Positions 42,124 through 59,405 of a stretch of DNA of 64,000 nt are shown here, one piece after another. The DNA lies in the NCBI RefSeq assembly GCF_009914755.1, contig NC_060947.1. One strand, 5' to 3'. Each line of letters starts with the position of its first letter. Positions within the stretch are counted from its first letter, which is position 1. The notes below the pieces were generated by a model that was not told where the DNA came from, did not search any database, and saw nothing but the letters and a program-made list of their open reading frames with translations. The translations under genes and the position numbers were made by a program. The stretch is from the human T2T-CHM13v2.0 reference genome, Homo sapiens.

Positions 42124-43256
42124 CCAACCCTGTCTGAGTATGCTCAGCAAAGCATATTCGGCTCAGCAAAGTTGCAGTATCCAAGATCAATCTGCAACAG
42201 TCGGTTGTATTTCTACACCCTAGCAATGAATAACATGAAAATAAGATTAAGGAAATGATTCATTTTACAGTAGCATCGAAACAATAAAATGTCGAGGAAT
42301 AAATTTAACTAAAGGTGTACAAGATGTATACTCTGAAAATTTCAAGACGTTGCTAAAATAAATTAAAGAAGACCTAAATAAATCGAAAGGCATTTTGTGT
42401 TAACGGATTGGGACACTTAATACTGTTAAGATGCCCATAATCTCCAAGGCAATATACAGATTCATCGTGATGCCTGTCAGAATCCAACCTGCCTTCTTTG
42501 TAAAAACTGACAAGCTGATCCTAAAATTCATAAGAAAATGTAAGGGGCTCAGATAGCCAAAACAATCTCAGAAAAGAAAAAAGTTGAAGGACTCACACTT
42601 CCCAATTTCAAAACGTACTACAAAACCGCAGTAATCCGAAAAGGGTGGTACTGCCATCGTGATCGATACATTAGGTCAATGTTACAGAACTCAGAGTCAG
42701 GAATAAACCCATATATTTATGTAAAGTTTATTTTCAGTAAGAGTTCCGGCACCCCTCAATGGGTGGAGGGGAAGAATAATCCCCTCAACAAACTGCGCTG
42801 GGACAACTGGATAGCCACATGCAAAAGAAGGCCCCTGGACCCCTACCTCACATCATGTAAAGAATTAATTCAAAATGGATCACAGATCTAAATGTAAGGG
42901 CTGAAACTATAAAACTCTAAGAAGAAAACGGAGATGTAACTTTGCACGACCTTGGATTAGGCAACAGCTCCTTCAGTATGACACCAAAGGCAAAGCCACA
43001 GATATCTTTTCATTTGGCAAGTTGGACTACATCCAAATGTAAATCTTTTGGGCAACAAAGGGCTCTATCCAGAAAGTGAATGGGAGAAACATTTGCAAGT
43101 CACATATCTGATAAGAGTCTATTTTCCAGAATATATGAATAAGTTTTAGAAGCCCACAGCCAAAATACAATCAACCGAATTAAAAAATGGGCAAAGGGCT
43201 TGAATAGACATTCCTCCAAAGCAGAGGTACAGAGGGCCAAGAAGCACATGAAAAGA

Positions 43257-43593
43257 TGTCTTAGTCTGTTTTCTGTTGCCATAATTGAATACCCGACACT
43301 GAACAATTTATAAAGAAAAGAAATTTATTTCTTACCGTTCTGGGGACTGGGAAGTGACCCGGCATCTGGGGACGGCAGAGGGTATCACACGGCGAGAGGG
43401 CAAGAGCGTGTATGTCGTTTCAGGCCTCTCTTCCTATTCTTATAAAGCCACCAGTCGCATCCTGGGGGTCTCACCCCGATGACCTTATCTAATCCTAATT
43501 ACCGTCTCAGAGGCTGCGCCTCCAATCAACATGTGAATTTGGGGATTAAGTTTCCAAGACACACAATTTGGGGGATGCACTCAAACCACAGCA
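43257..43593 (-). mobile_element. MSTC/MSTD/MLT1A-like MaLR LTR
   Basis: 'tgtcttagtctgttttctgttgccataa...aatttataaagaaaagaaatttatttctta...caaaccacagca'. Confidence 0.75.
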
Positions 43594-44559
43594 ACATCAT
43601 TAGCCATTTGGGAAATACGAATGAAAACCACCATGAGATAGCACTTGACACCCAGTAGGATGGCTACTGTAAACAAAACAAAATGAGGCAAACAGAAAAC
43701 AGGTTTTGATGAGGCTGTGAAGAAATTGGGACTCTCATGCACTACTGTTGGGAATGCGAAAGATTACAGCTGCTGTGGAAATCAGTTTGGTGGTTCCTCA
43801 ATAAGTTAAACAGAATTACCACACGAGCCAGCAGTTTGACTGCTAGAAATAGACCCAAAAGAACTGAAAAGAGATATTCAAAGAAAAACCTGTAGAGAGA
43901 TGGTCATGGCAGTGCCACTCACAATAGCCAGAAGGGGGAAATAACCTGTCCATCAACTGACGAGTGGGTAAACAAAATGTGGCCTCCTATTCATACAACA
44001 GAATCGTACTCAGTCATTCAAAGGAAGGAAGTAGTGATTCATGCCTCTACATGGATGCACCCTGATGAAACCATTACGCTAAGTGAAAGCAGCCAGACAC
44101 ACACGGCCTCACATTTGGTCGTATAATTCCATCTATAGGAAATCTCCAGAACAGGCTAACCTCTATGGACAGAAAGCAGATGGACTAGGGGTTGTCAGGG
44201 ACTATCGGGAACGTGTGTATGGGCGGGGGCAGGGGGTGTGTGTGGGAGGGTGTGGGGGCTGGTAGTGGTGGTGTGGAAGGAGGCGTGCGGCAAGTGACTG
44301 CTTATAGGTACAGGGGTTTCGGTTTCTTTTCGGGGTGTTGAAAACGTTTTGGAACTAGGTGGTCGTGATGGATGTGCAACATTGTGAAGGCGTGGTACCC
44401 GTCCTCCCCTCGCCCACCCCTTTGTCTTTCCCACGGTGTTCCCATCCAGTAGAAAGGGAAAGTTCCCACTGGCAAAGAGAGGGTCACCAGCGCGATTCCC
44501 CCTGCCCCGCCCCACCCCACCCCCACGGCCCTCCAGCCACTTCTAGGCCCAGGCCTGCT

Positions 44560-44740
44560 CCCTCGAGGCCAATGGGAAAGTGATGAGGTCACCTGACGGA
44601 CGTGTGTCCCTTGTGAGGGGCCGTCACCACATGCGTGCCCGTCGCCGGATGTGCGTGCCCATTGGTCTCGGCTCCCTAGCCAATGAGGGGCTGGGCCCTG
44701 GTCGCTAGGATACACAGTACTGGACGCGGTAACTGTCCTC
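44560..44740 (+). promoter_or_regulatory. H2A.B proximal promoter
   Basis: CCAAT 44569-44573, ATTGG 44661-44665, CCAAT 44680-44684; TGAGGTCA 44584-44591 and TGACG 44594-44598; X-box-like GTCGCTAGGATAC 44701-44713; TAACTG 44730-44735. Confidence 0.55.
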
Positions 44741-44796
44741 TTGAGAGCCATCTTGCCTAGCTGGGCCAAGCCGAGATAGCACACTCAACGCCCAGC

Positions 44797-45144
44797 ATGC
44801 CGAGGAGGAGGAGACGCCGAGGGTCCTCCGGTGCTGGCGGCCGGGGGCGGACCTGCTCTCGCACCGTCCGAGCGGAGCTTTCGTTTTCAGTGAGCCAGGT
44901 GGAGCGCAGTCTACGGGAGGGCCACTACGCTCAGCGCCTGAGTCGCACGGCGCCGGTCTACCTCGCTGCGGTTATTGAGTACCTGACGGCCAAGGTCCTG
45001 GAGCTGGCGGGCAACGAGGCCCAGAACAGCGGAGAGCGGAACATCACTCCCCTGCTGCTGGACATGGTGGTTCACAACGACAGGCTACTGAGCACCCTTT
45101 TCAACACGACCACCATCTCTCAAGTGGCCCCTGGCGAGGACTAG
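44797..45144 (+). CDS. H2AB2: Histone H2A.B (H2A.Bbd type 2/3), 115 aa, intronless
   Basis: MPRRRRRRGSSGAGG...RAELSFSVSQVERSLREGHYAQRL...YLAAVIEYLTAKVLELAGN; Arg-rich N-terminus, truncated C-terminus; VLE rather than VPE fits H2AB2/H2AB3 as I recall them. Confidence 0.93.
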   Translation: MPRRRRRRGSSGAGGRGRTCSRTVRAELSFSVSQVERSLREGHYAQRLSRTAPVYLAAVIEYLTAKVLELAGNEAQNSGERNITPLLLDMVVHNDRLLSTLFNTTTISQVAPGED

Positions 45145-45286
45145 CTTCTGACACCCGGCCCCTGGGACCTGACAGGTCCACTCGTCCACCCACCCGGCCC
45201 CAAATCCCCCGGCCTGAACCCCCGGCCTTAAACACCCTCCCCCCACAACCCAGGCCCCAAAGTCTTGGGCCTTCATTAATTCTGTC

Positions 45287-45292
45287 AATAAA
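45287..45292 (+). terminator. H2A.B polyA signal
   Basis: AATAAA ~140 nt after the stop; no canonical histone stem-loop. Confidence 0.75.
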
Positions 45293-45839
45293 ATGTTTCA
45301 AGGAAGCCATCTGCCCGCTTCAGTCACTTTGCCTTGGGGTGGGGGTGGGGGGGCGGTGAGATGGGTTGGGGGGTTGTGAGACCTCCACAGCTGGAGGGAT
45401 GGAGAGGTGGTGGGGGTCTGGGGTTGGGTGGGAGCCAGGGATGGCACAGAGGAGCAGTCTCTCCGGGTGACAGTGCAGGGGAGTGGCCCTGGGTGGGAAG
45501 GGGACACCCCCGCTGGTTCTGAGCAAGTCAGGGCCTGCCCGGGAAAGTCCTCAGCATGATGGTGTTCGTTGGGGCGGGTGGGCCTCAAGACCATGACTGC
45601 AGTGTTGCGACAGGACGGACTTCTAAGGCAACCGGGGTGGGGACGGAGAGGTGGACCCGGTGCTTGGCAAGGGGCCCTGGACCGGAAGACGGAGGACTGA
45701 GTAGTCGGGGCGGGGGGGGGGGGGGACAACAGTCCAGAAATGCGCAGACATGGAATTAGGGTCACGAGTTTCCTTTGGGTCATGTTCAGATGGAGAGGCT
45801 GTGGGATGCCTTTAGCAACCTAGACCACTTGCATTGCAG

Positions 45840-47237
<1,398 letters not shown>

Positions 47238-48122
47238 TCCATCCCATTCACCCAGTGACTTCTTTTTGCCCAGGCCTGGACTTTTTGCATCAGTCACGTT
47301 AACCAGATGACTTTGCCTGTTACCAAACCTCATGCATCCACGTTTGCGTCTGGGGAGGAATAAAAAGACATCGTTCCCGCTTCTGCGTTTTGTTATTCCT
47401 ACTGCCGCCATAGGAATTATTTCGTTGGCTGAACGTTACCAGCACCCCGAGAACACATTTTGATAGAATCAGAGTAGAGGACATGGCTGTCTTCTAAAAA
47501 GCCACGACATGAAAATGACAATCCCTTTCGTCTCCTTCCTCCGCTGCTTCCACCTAACGCAGCCTCCTGCCTCCGCCTTTGTTTCATAGTGAGGATTTTA
47601 TTTTGCACGGCGCCCTCCCTCTAAATACCTACCCTAGATGATTTCATCCTGCCCCTCACTTCTTAACATATTCCTGTGTCTTTGTAATGGCCAAATTTCT
47701 CCTTCCACTCGTCCGCACGGTACGTCTTCATGGGAGTCATTTTATTCCTTACAGCTTCCTTGTAACCACAGCCCTAAATCCATGATAAAGCTACTCTTGT
47801 ACTCCTCATGTGTGGTTTTGGTGTCCGTCGTCTATAAAATGTGACTCTCTTACCTACTTGTCAGGAGGCCAGCAGCAGAACCAGATAGCTGTTTGGGCTC
47901 CAGGATGTATTCGTTCCTTTGAAATTTGCGCTATGCCTCCTATGTGGGCAACGAACCTGCAGAGATCATCTATGATGTGCTCCGTACTCGGGTGACTGCA
48001 ATGCAGATACATCCAGTGCAGCGGGTCTGGTGCCGATGCATCGATTTGCATTGGAATTCACGGTTCTGGTTCCATTCGCAGAGGTATATGCAGTCTGGAT
48101 CACAACAGCTTTTATTTGTAAT

Positions 48123-48131
<9 letters not shown>

Positions 48132-48165
<34 letters not shown>

Positions 48166-48451
48166 CCCCGAGATGGAGTCTCACTCTGTCGCCCAGGCAG
48201 GAGCGCAGTGGCGTGATCTCGGCTCACTGCAACCTCCGCCTCCTGGGTTCAAGCGATTCTCCTACCTCAACCTCCAGGGTGCCTGGGATTACAGGCGTGC
48301 ACCACCACGCTGGGCTAATTTTTGTATTTTTAATAGAGATGGGGTCTCACCATGTTGGCCAAGCTGGTCTCCAACTCCTGACCTCAAATGATCCACCCTC
48401 CTCGGCCTCCCAAAGTGCTGGGATTACAGGCATGAGCCACCACGCCTGGCC
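48132..48451 (-). mobile_element. AluS with long pure polyA and a 15-bp TSD
   Basis: TGTAATAGGGATTTT at 48117-48131 and 48452-48466. Confidence 0.93.
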
Positions 48452-49834
48452 TGTAATAGGGATTTTGCTGCAACTTTTAGTTAAGTAGGTGAAATCAGAG
48501 TGCGTGGCCCTTTGGTGTTGTGCGATCACGTGACTGCAAGGCAGCCTCCGTGTTCCCCCAAAGCAGGATGGCGTTCCGTTTGAGAACACTTAAGTTTCCA
48601 AGGCTTTCTGGCTCAAATGGAGCATGCCCCCCAACTACGCTGTTTTCTTATTTATTGCGTCTTTTTAATCCTTTTGATGGTGACAACAAGAACTCTTCAG
48701 AATATAGCCTCTTTCTCAAACTTTCAACCCTGGGGAAATGCATCCTTTGGGCCGAAGTTGCACACAATCCTGATCTTCGGGGCTGAGATGTAAGGACACA
48801 GTTTGGAGTAGGTGTTTTTGTTTTGCGTCTTTTTGCAGGGGAGAGGTGTGGAGGGTTGTCACTGTGAGTTGAGTGCCTCCAAATGGGTGGGACTTGTAGG
48901 GTGTTCTTTTCTGCTTCTATTTCTATTTCGACAGTGTGGAAGTAATGGGAAGCACAGGAGAGGCCCATTCCACCATCATTCCTCTTTCTCTCACTTGGCT
49001 GCCAGGAAGGGTCCTACGGAGCCCTGAACGCCTAGCCCAAATTATTGTAAAAGCGGTTGAAGGGCTCATGCTCCTTTGCTCTTTGGCTCTTTCCTGGTAT
49101 GCTCCTCTTAACCCGGGCTGCAGACCTGGCCGGCTGGCTTCTTGTCAGGTTCAGGAGTTACGGAGCATGACTGGTGACCAGTTTGGGATTTGGGCTTCAG
49201 GAGAAGCCTCCTTAGGCCTCTGGTCCAAACTCCTTGCGTCAGGGAGGTGAGGGGAAGGATAACCAGACGGTCAGGTAGTGGGTATCTGAGCATAATTCTA
49301 GGAAACACTAAAACTCCTCGTTTTCCATTTGCCGTGGGCTCATTCATGTATCTCCCTCAGAAGCTTAAGAGCAGTGATAACTGGGCCGAGGCCAGATTTC
49401 AGCAGTTTTGAGAATTCCCTCGTAATGTATCACATCAGTATCAAAAGTCAACACTGATTTCTAGCATGCCAAAAGCAAATACTTTCAGAGGACATGATTA
49501 GTTTGCTTTTTAACTTGAAAACAATTCCAAATTCACACTTAAAACAGTGTAAACCGTCGGAAATGGTGGCAGCGAAGCAGTGAACCCTTAAAGGCTGTTG
49601 GGGTTCCCCTTCTCCCCATTGTGAGGTACTCCCAAAAGGATAAATGTTGCTTATGAAAGAATATTTTATACGTGAATAGTACAAAGACAAAGACGTTTGA
49701 GAACCGCTACGCCGGAGGAAGGTGGTCAAGACTGAAATTAGCGTGTTAGGCAAGATCTGGTTCCTAGGTGCTGAGGATTCTGGTGCCAAGGATTAATGTT
49801 AACCGTGCAGGCATCTCTACCACCGTTAGAGGAG

Positions 49835-50046
49835 ACCAGCAGCCCACAGACTCTTTCTGTCAAGGGCGGGATAGAAATGTGTTAGTCTTTACAGACCACA
49901 GGTGGTCTCTGTTGCACAGTCTTCTTTGTTTCTTTGTATGTTTGTCTTTGCAATCCTTTCAACGTGTAAAAACTATTCTTAACTCACAGTCCGTACAAAA
50001 GCAGGCTATGGGCCAAATTCTGGGGCTATAGTTTGCCCGCCCCTGA
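49835..50046. mobile_element. MER58A-like DNA transposon
   Basis: 'tttctgtcaagggc..gatag...actattcttaactcacagtccgtacaaaagcaggctatgggccaaatt...tagtttgcccgcccctg'. Confidence 0.7.
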
Positions 50047-50084
50047 ATTAGAACCCAGGACATAGTAGTTGCTCAATAACTGTT

Positions 50085-52770
50085 TAATTTTTTTTTATTT
50101 CAATAACTTTTGGCTTACAAGTGCTTTTTGGTTAAATGGATGAATTATATAGTGGTAAATTCTGAGATTTTAGTGCACCCATCACCCGAGTAGTGTACAT
50201 TGTACCCAATATGTAGTTTTCTTATCCCACACCCTCACACTCTTCCCCCTTGTGTGTCTCCAAAGTCCATTATATCACTCTGTATGTCTTTGCATTCTCA
50301 TAGCTTAGCTCCCACTTACAGGTGAGAACACAGGGTAATTTGGTCTTCCATTCCTGAGTTACTTCACTTAGAATAATGGCCTCCAGCTCCATCCAAGTTG
50401 CTGCAAATGACATTATTCTGTTTCTCTTTATGGCTGAGTAGTTCTCCACGGTGTGTACATACCACATTTTCTATATCTACTCATTGGTTGATTGGTGCTT
50501 CGGTTCGTTCTATATCTTTGCATTTGTGAATTGTGCTGAAATAAACATATGTGTGCATTTGTGTTTTTCATATAATGACTTCTTCTCCTTTGGGCAGATA
50601 CCCAGTAGTGGGATTGCTGGATCGCGTGGTAGATCTACTTTTAGTTCTTTAAGGAATCTCCATACTGTTTCCCATAGAGGTTATACATTCCCACCTAGCA
50701 GTGTATGCACCGTCCCTTTTCACCACATCCACGCCAACGTCTATTGCTTTTTGACTTTTTAATAATGGCCATTCTTGCAGGAGTAAGGTGGTATCTTATT
50801 GTGGTTTTAATGTGCATTTCCCTGATGATTAGTGATGTTGAGTATTTTTTCATATATTTTGTGGCTATTTGTATATCTTTTGACGAATGTTTATTCATGT
50901 TATTTGCTATTTGATGGGATTATTTTTATTTTTTTCTTGCTGATTTGTTGCATTCGTTGTAGATTCTATATACTAGTCCTTTGTTGGCTGCATAATTTGC
51001 AAATATTTTCTCCCATTCTGTGGGTTATCTGTTTACTCTGATGATTATTTCTTTTGCTGTGCATAGTGTTTTAGTTTAATTAGGTCCCATTTATTTTTTT
51101 TTCTGTTTCATTTGCTTTTGGGGTTTTAGTCATGAATTCTTTCTCTAGACCAATATCCAGAGACGTTTTTCAAGGTTATCTTTTAGAATTTGTATGGTTT
51201 CAGGTCTTAAATTTAAGTCTTTGTTCCATATTGAGTTGATTTTTGTATAAGGTGAAAAATAGGGATCCAGTTTCATTCTTCTACATGTGGCTAGCCAGTT
51301 TTCCTAGCACCATGTATTAAATAGAGTGTCCTTTCTCCAATTTATGTTTTTGTATGCTTTTTTTAGGATTAGTTGGTTGTTAAGTATTTGGCTTTATTTC
51401 TGGGTTCTCTATTCTGTCCCATTGTTCTATGTGCCCACTTTTATACCAGTTCCATACTGTTTTAGTAACTATAGCCTTGTATTATAAATTGAAGTCCAGT
51501 AATGTCATGCCTCCATATTTTTCTTTTAAATTATGATTGCTCTGGCTATTTGGGTTCTTTTTGGTTCCATATGAATTTTAAGATTGTTTTTTCTAAATCT
51601 TTGAAAAACAATGTTAGCATTTTGATGGGAAATGCATTGAATCTGTAGATTCCTTTGGGCAGTATGGTCATTTTCACAATATTGATTCTTCAAATCCATG
51701 AGCATAGGATGTGTTTCCATTTGTTTGTGTCATCTATGATTTGTTTCACCAGTGTTTTGTAATTCTCCTGGTAGAGATTTTTCACCTCTTTGGTTAAGTA
51801 TATTCCTCGGTATTAAATTTTTTGCAGCTGTTGTAAAAGAGATTGCGTTTTTAATTTGATTTTCAGCTTGGTAATTGTTGGTGTATAGTAGTGTTACCAA
51901 TTTGTGTACATTGATTTTGTAACCTGAGACTTTACTGAACTTGTTTATCAAATCTACGTGTCTTTTGGAGAAGTCTTCTAGGTATATGACCATATCATTA
52001 ACAAACAGTGATAATTTGACTTTTTCTTTTTAAATTTGGATGGCCTTTATTTCTTTCTCTTGCTTGATTGCTCTGGGTAGGATTTCCAGTACTATGTTGA
52101 ATAGAAGTGGTGAAAGTGGGCGTCCTTATCTTGTTCCAGTTCTCAGGGGGCATGCTTTCACCTTTTCCTATTCAGTTTGATATTGGCTGTGGGTTTGTCA
52201 TATATAGCTTTTTTTTTTTAGACAAATCCCTTCTATGCCTATTTTGCTGGGGGGTTTTATCATAAAGCGATGCTGGATTTCATCAAATGCTTTTTGTGCA
52301 TCTATTGAGATGATCATATGGTTTTTGTTTTTAATCCTGTTTATGTTGTGTATCACATTTATTGACTTGTGTATGTTAAACCTTCCCTGCATCCTTGGGA
52401 TGAAACCCAGTTGATCATGGTGTATTGTATTTTTGATGTGCTGTTGGATTTGTTTACCTAGTATTTTGTTGAGGATTTTTCCATCTATGTTCATCAGGGA
52501 TATTGGTCTGTAATTTTCTTTTGTTGTTATGTTCTTTCCTGGTTTTGGTATTAGAATGATACTGGCTTCATAGAATAATTTAGGGAGGATCCCCTTTCTC
52601 TATCTTTTGCAATAGGTTCAGTGGGATTGGTACCAGTTCTTCTTTGAATGTCTGGTAAAATTCAGCTGTGAATCTATCTGGACCTGAGCATTTTTGGTTG
52701 GCAATATTTTTTTTATTACTGATTCAGTCTTTCTGCTTGTGATTGGTCTGTTCAGGGTTTCTCTGTATTC
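50085..52770 (-). mobile_element. L1PB-like 3'UTR and ORF2 3' part
   Basis: L1PB-type 3' end; ORF2 peptides 50270..50467, 50695..50898, 51730..51993, 52198..52494. Confidence 0.85.
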
Positions 52771-52775
52771 CTTAT

Positions 52776-56411
<3,636 letters not shown>

Positions 56412-56843
56412 CTGTCAGGGTTCTCTAGAGGGACAGAACTAATTATATATACAATTAGTTTATTAAGTATTAACTCACACAATCACAGTGTCCCACAATA
56501 GGCTGTCTGCAAGCGGAGGAGCAAGGAGAGCCAGTCTCAGTCCCGAAACTGAAGAACTTGGAGTCCAATGTTCGAGGGCAGGAAGCATCCAGCATGGGAG
56601 AAAGTTGTAGGCTGGGAGGCTAGGCCATTCTCATTTTTTTTTCACATTTTTCTGCCTGCTTTATATTCTAGCCATGCTGGCAGCTGATAGATGGTGCCCA
56701 CCCAGATTAAGGGTGGGTCTGCCTTTCCCAGACCACTGACTCAAATGTTAATCTCCTTTGGCAACACCCACACAGACACACCCAGGATCAATACTTTGCA
56801 TCCTTCAATCCAATCAAGTGGACAATCAGTATTAACCATCACA
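56412..56843 (-). mobile_element. MLT2A 5' LTR of the HERV-L
   Basis: 'gtcagggttctctagagggacagaactaat...cagtattaaccatcaca'. Confidence 0.88.
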
Positions 56844-58976
56844 TAGGCTAACTAAAAAATGAGAGAATACTCAAATAAATGAAATCAGAAATGAAAGAGG
56901 AGACATTACAACTAATCACACAGAAATACAAAGGATCATAAGAGACTATTAGAAACAATTATATTTCAACAAATTGGATAATCTAGAAAAAAATGGATAA
57001 ATTCTTAGAAACATATAACCAACCAAGATTGAATCATGAAGAAGTTGGAAATCTGAATGTACCAATAATGAATTAAGAAATTGAGTCACTAATCACTAGT
57101 CTCCCATCAAAGAAAACCCCAGGACCAGATAGCTTCACCCTGAATTCTACCAAACATTTAAAGATTAGCTAATAGCAATTTTTCTCAAACTCTTCCAAAA
57201 AAATCAAAGAGGAAGGAATATGTTCAAACCCATTTTCTAAGGCCAGCATCACCCTGATACCAAAACCTATCAGAGACACAACAAAAAAACAAAACTTCAG
57301 GTGAACAAAACTTCAGGTGACACAACAAAAAAACAGAACTTTGGTGAACATCGATGCAAAAATCCTCAACAAAATACTTTAAACCAAATCCAGCAACACA
57401 TCAAGAAGTTAATCCATCAAGTAGGCTTTATCCTTGGGATGCAAGGTTAATTCAACATATACAAATCAACAAATGTGATTCATCACATAAACAGAACTAA
57501 AGACAAAAACCACATGATTATCTCAATAGATGCAGAAAAGGCTTTTCATAAAATTCAACACCCTTTATGTTAAAAAGAAACAATAAACTAGGTATTGAAG
57601 GAAAATATCTCAAAATAATATCCATCTATGACAAACCCACAGCCAACATTATACTGAATGGGCAAAAGCTGAAAACATTCCCCTTGAGAAACTGGCAGAA
57701 GACAAGGATGCCCTCTCTCACCACTCCTATTCACATAGTATTGAAAGTCCTGGCCAGAGCAATCAGGCAGGAGAAAGAAAGAAAGAAATAAAATTGGAAG
57801 AGAGGAAGTCAAACTATCCCTGTTGGTAGACGACATGGTTCTATATCTAGAAAACCTCATAGTCTCAGCCCCAAAGCTCCTTCAGGTGATAACTTCAGCA
57901 AAGTATCAGGATTCAAAATCAAAGTACAAAAATCCCTAGCATTCCTATATACTAACAGCAGCCAAGCCAAGAGCAAAATCAGGAATACAAACCCATTCAC
58001 AGTTGCCACAAAAAGAATAAAATACCTAGGGATACAGCTAACTAGGGAGGTGAAAAGAGTTCTACAATGAGAATTACAAAACACTGCTCAAAGAAATCAG
58101 AGATGACACAAACAAAACATTGAAAAACATTCCATGCTCATAGATAAGAGGAATCAATATCATTAAAATGGCCATACTGCTCAAAACAATTTATAAATTC
58201 AATGCTATTCTTATCAAACTACCAATGACATTCTCCACAGAACTAGAAAAAACTGTTTTAAAATTCACGTGGAATAAAAAAGGAGCCCAAATAGCCAAGG
58301 CAATCCTAAGCAAAAATAACAAAGCTAGAGGCATCAGGTGACCTGACTTCAAACTATACTGTAGGGCTACAGTAACCAAAACAGCATGGTACTGGTACAA
58401 AAACAGACACATAGACAAATGGAACAGAATAGAGAGCCCAGAAATAAGGTCACACACCTACAATCATCTGATCTTTGACAAACCTGACAAAAACAAGCAA
58501 TGGGGAAAGGATTTCCTATTCAATAAATGGTGTTAAGATAACTGGCTAACCATATGCAAAAGATTGAAACTGAACCCCTTCCTTGCATCATACACAAAAA
58601 ATAACTCAAGATGGATTAAAGACATAAATGTAAAACCCCAAACTATGAAAACCCTGGAAGACAACCTAGGCAATATCATCCTGGACGTAGGAACTGGCAA
58701 GATTTCATGATGAAGACAGCCAAAGCAATGGTGAAAAAAAAGCAGAAAATTGACAAATGGGATCTAATTAAACTAAAGAGCTTCTGCACAGCAAAAGAAA
58801 CTATCAACAGAGTAAACAGACAACTTAAAGAATGGGAGAAAATATTTGTAAACTATGCATCTGACAAAGGTCTAATATCCAACATCTATAAGGAACTTAA
58901 GCAGATTTACAAGAAAAAAAAGGCCATAATAAAGAGGGCAAAGGACATGAATGGACACTTTTCAAAAGATGATATA

Positions 58977-59405
58977 TGCAGGGAGCCGAAGGCCCCGTGG
59001 GACGTGACCAACTCAGCATTCCACTGGAGGCTATATGATCAAACAGCAAACTGTTTATGATGAATGCAGGATGTGGGCAAACTCACGACTGCTCCCGCTG
59101 CCAGAAGGTTTGCTGAGGGCAATCGCTTCCTGGCACGAGCTCCTTGAGGTTATCTACTGGGACATCTAGAGAATGCAGTCTTGCAAGCCTACTCTGGACC
59201 GAGCAGCTGACTCCTTCCTTCCATCCCCCCTTCTCACTATCTCTTTTGCCTAATAAATACAGAGGGCTATGTAAAGCTCAGGGCCCTTGTCCACTAGAGG
59301 CAAGGTGCCCCCTGACCCCTTCTTCCAAAAATACTCTTTTGTTTTTGTCTTTTATTCCTGCATTTGCCCTCTTTGTTCAGTCCCCCTAGTTCTGTGCAGG
59401 TTACA
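58977..59405 (+). mobile_element. Solo LTR3 (HERV-K HML-6)
   Basis: 'tgcagggagccgaaggccccgtgggacgtgaccaactcagcattccactggaggctatatgatcaaacagc'...'ggttaca'; AATAAA ~59252; 6-bp TSD GATATA/GACATA. Confidence 0.8.

Larger units (their letters stand above)
41245..44385 (+). mobile_element. Old L1M (ORF2 3' part and 3'UTR) interrupted by two MaLR LTRs
   Basis: 'aggttggttcaacat', 'aaagaaataaaaggcatccagattggaa', ORF2-like 42679..42891. Confidence 0.8.
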
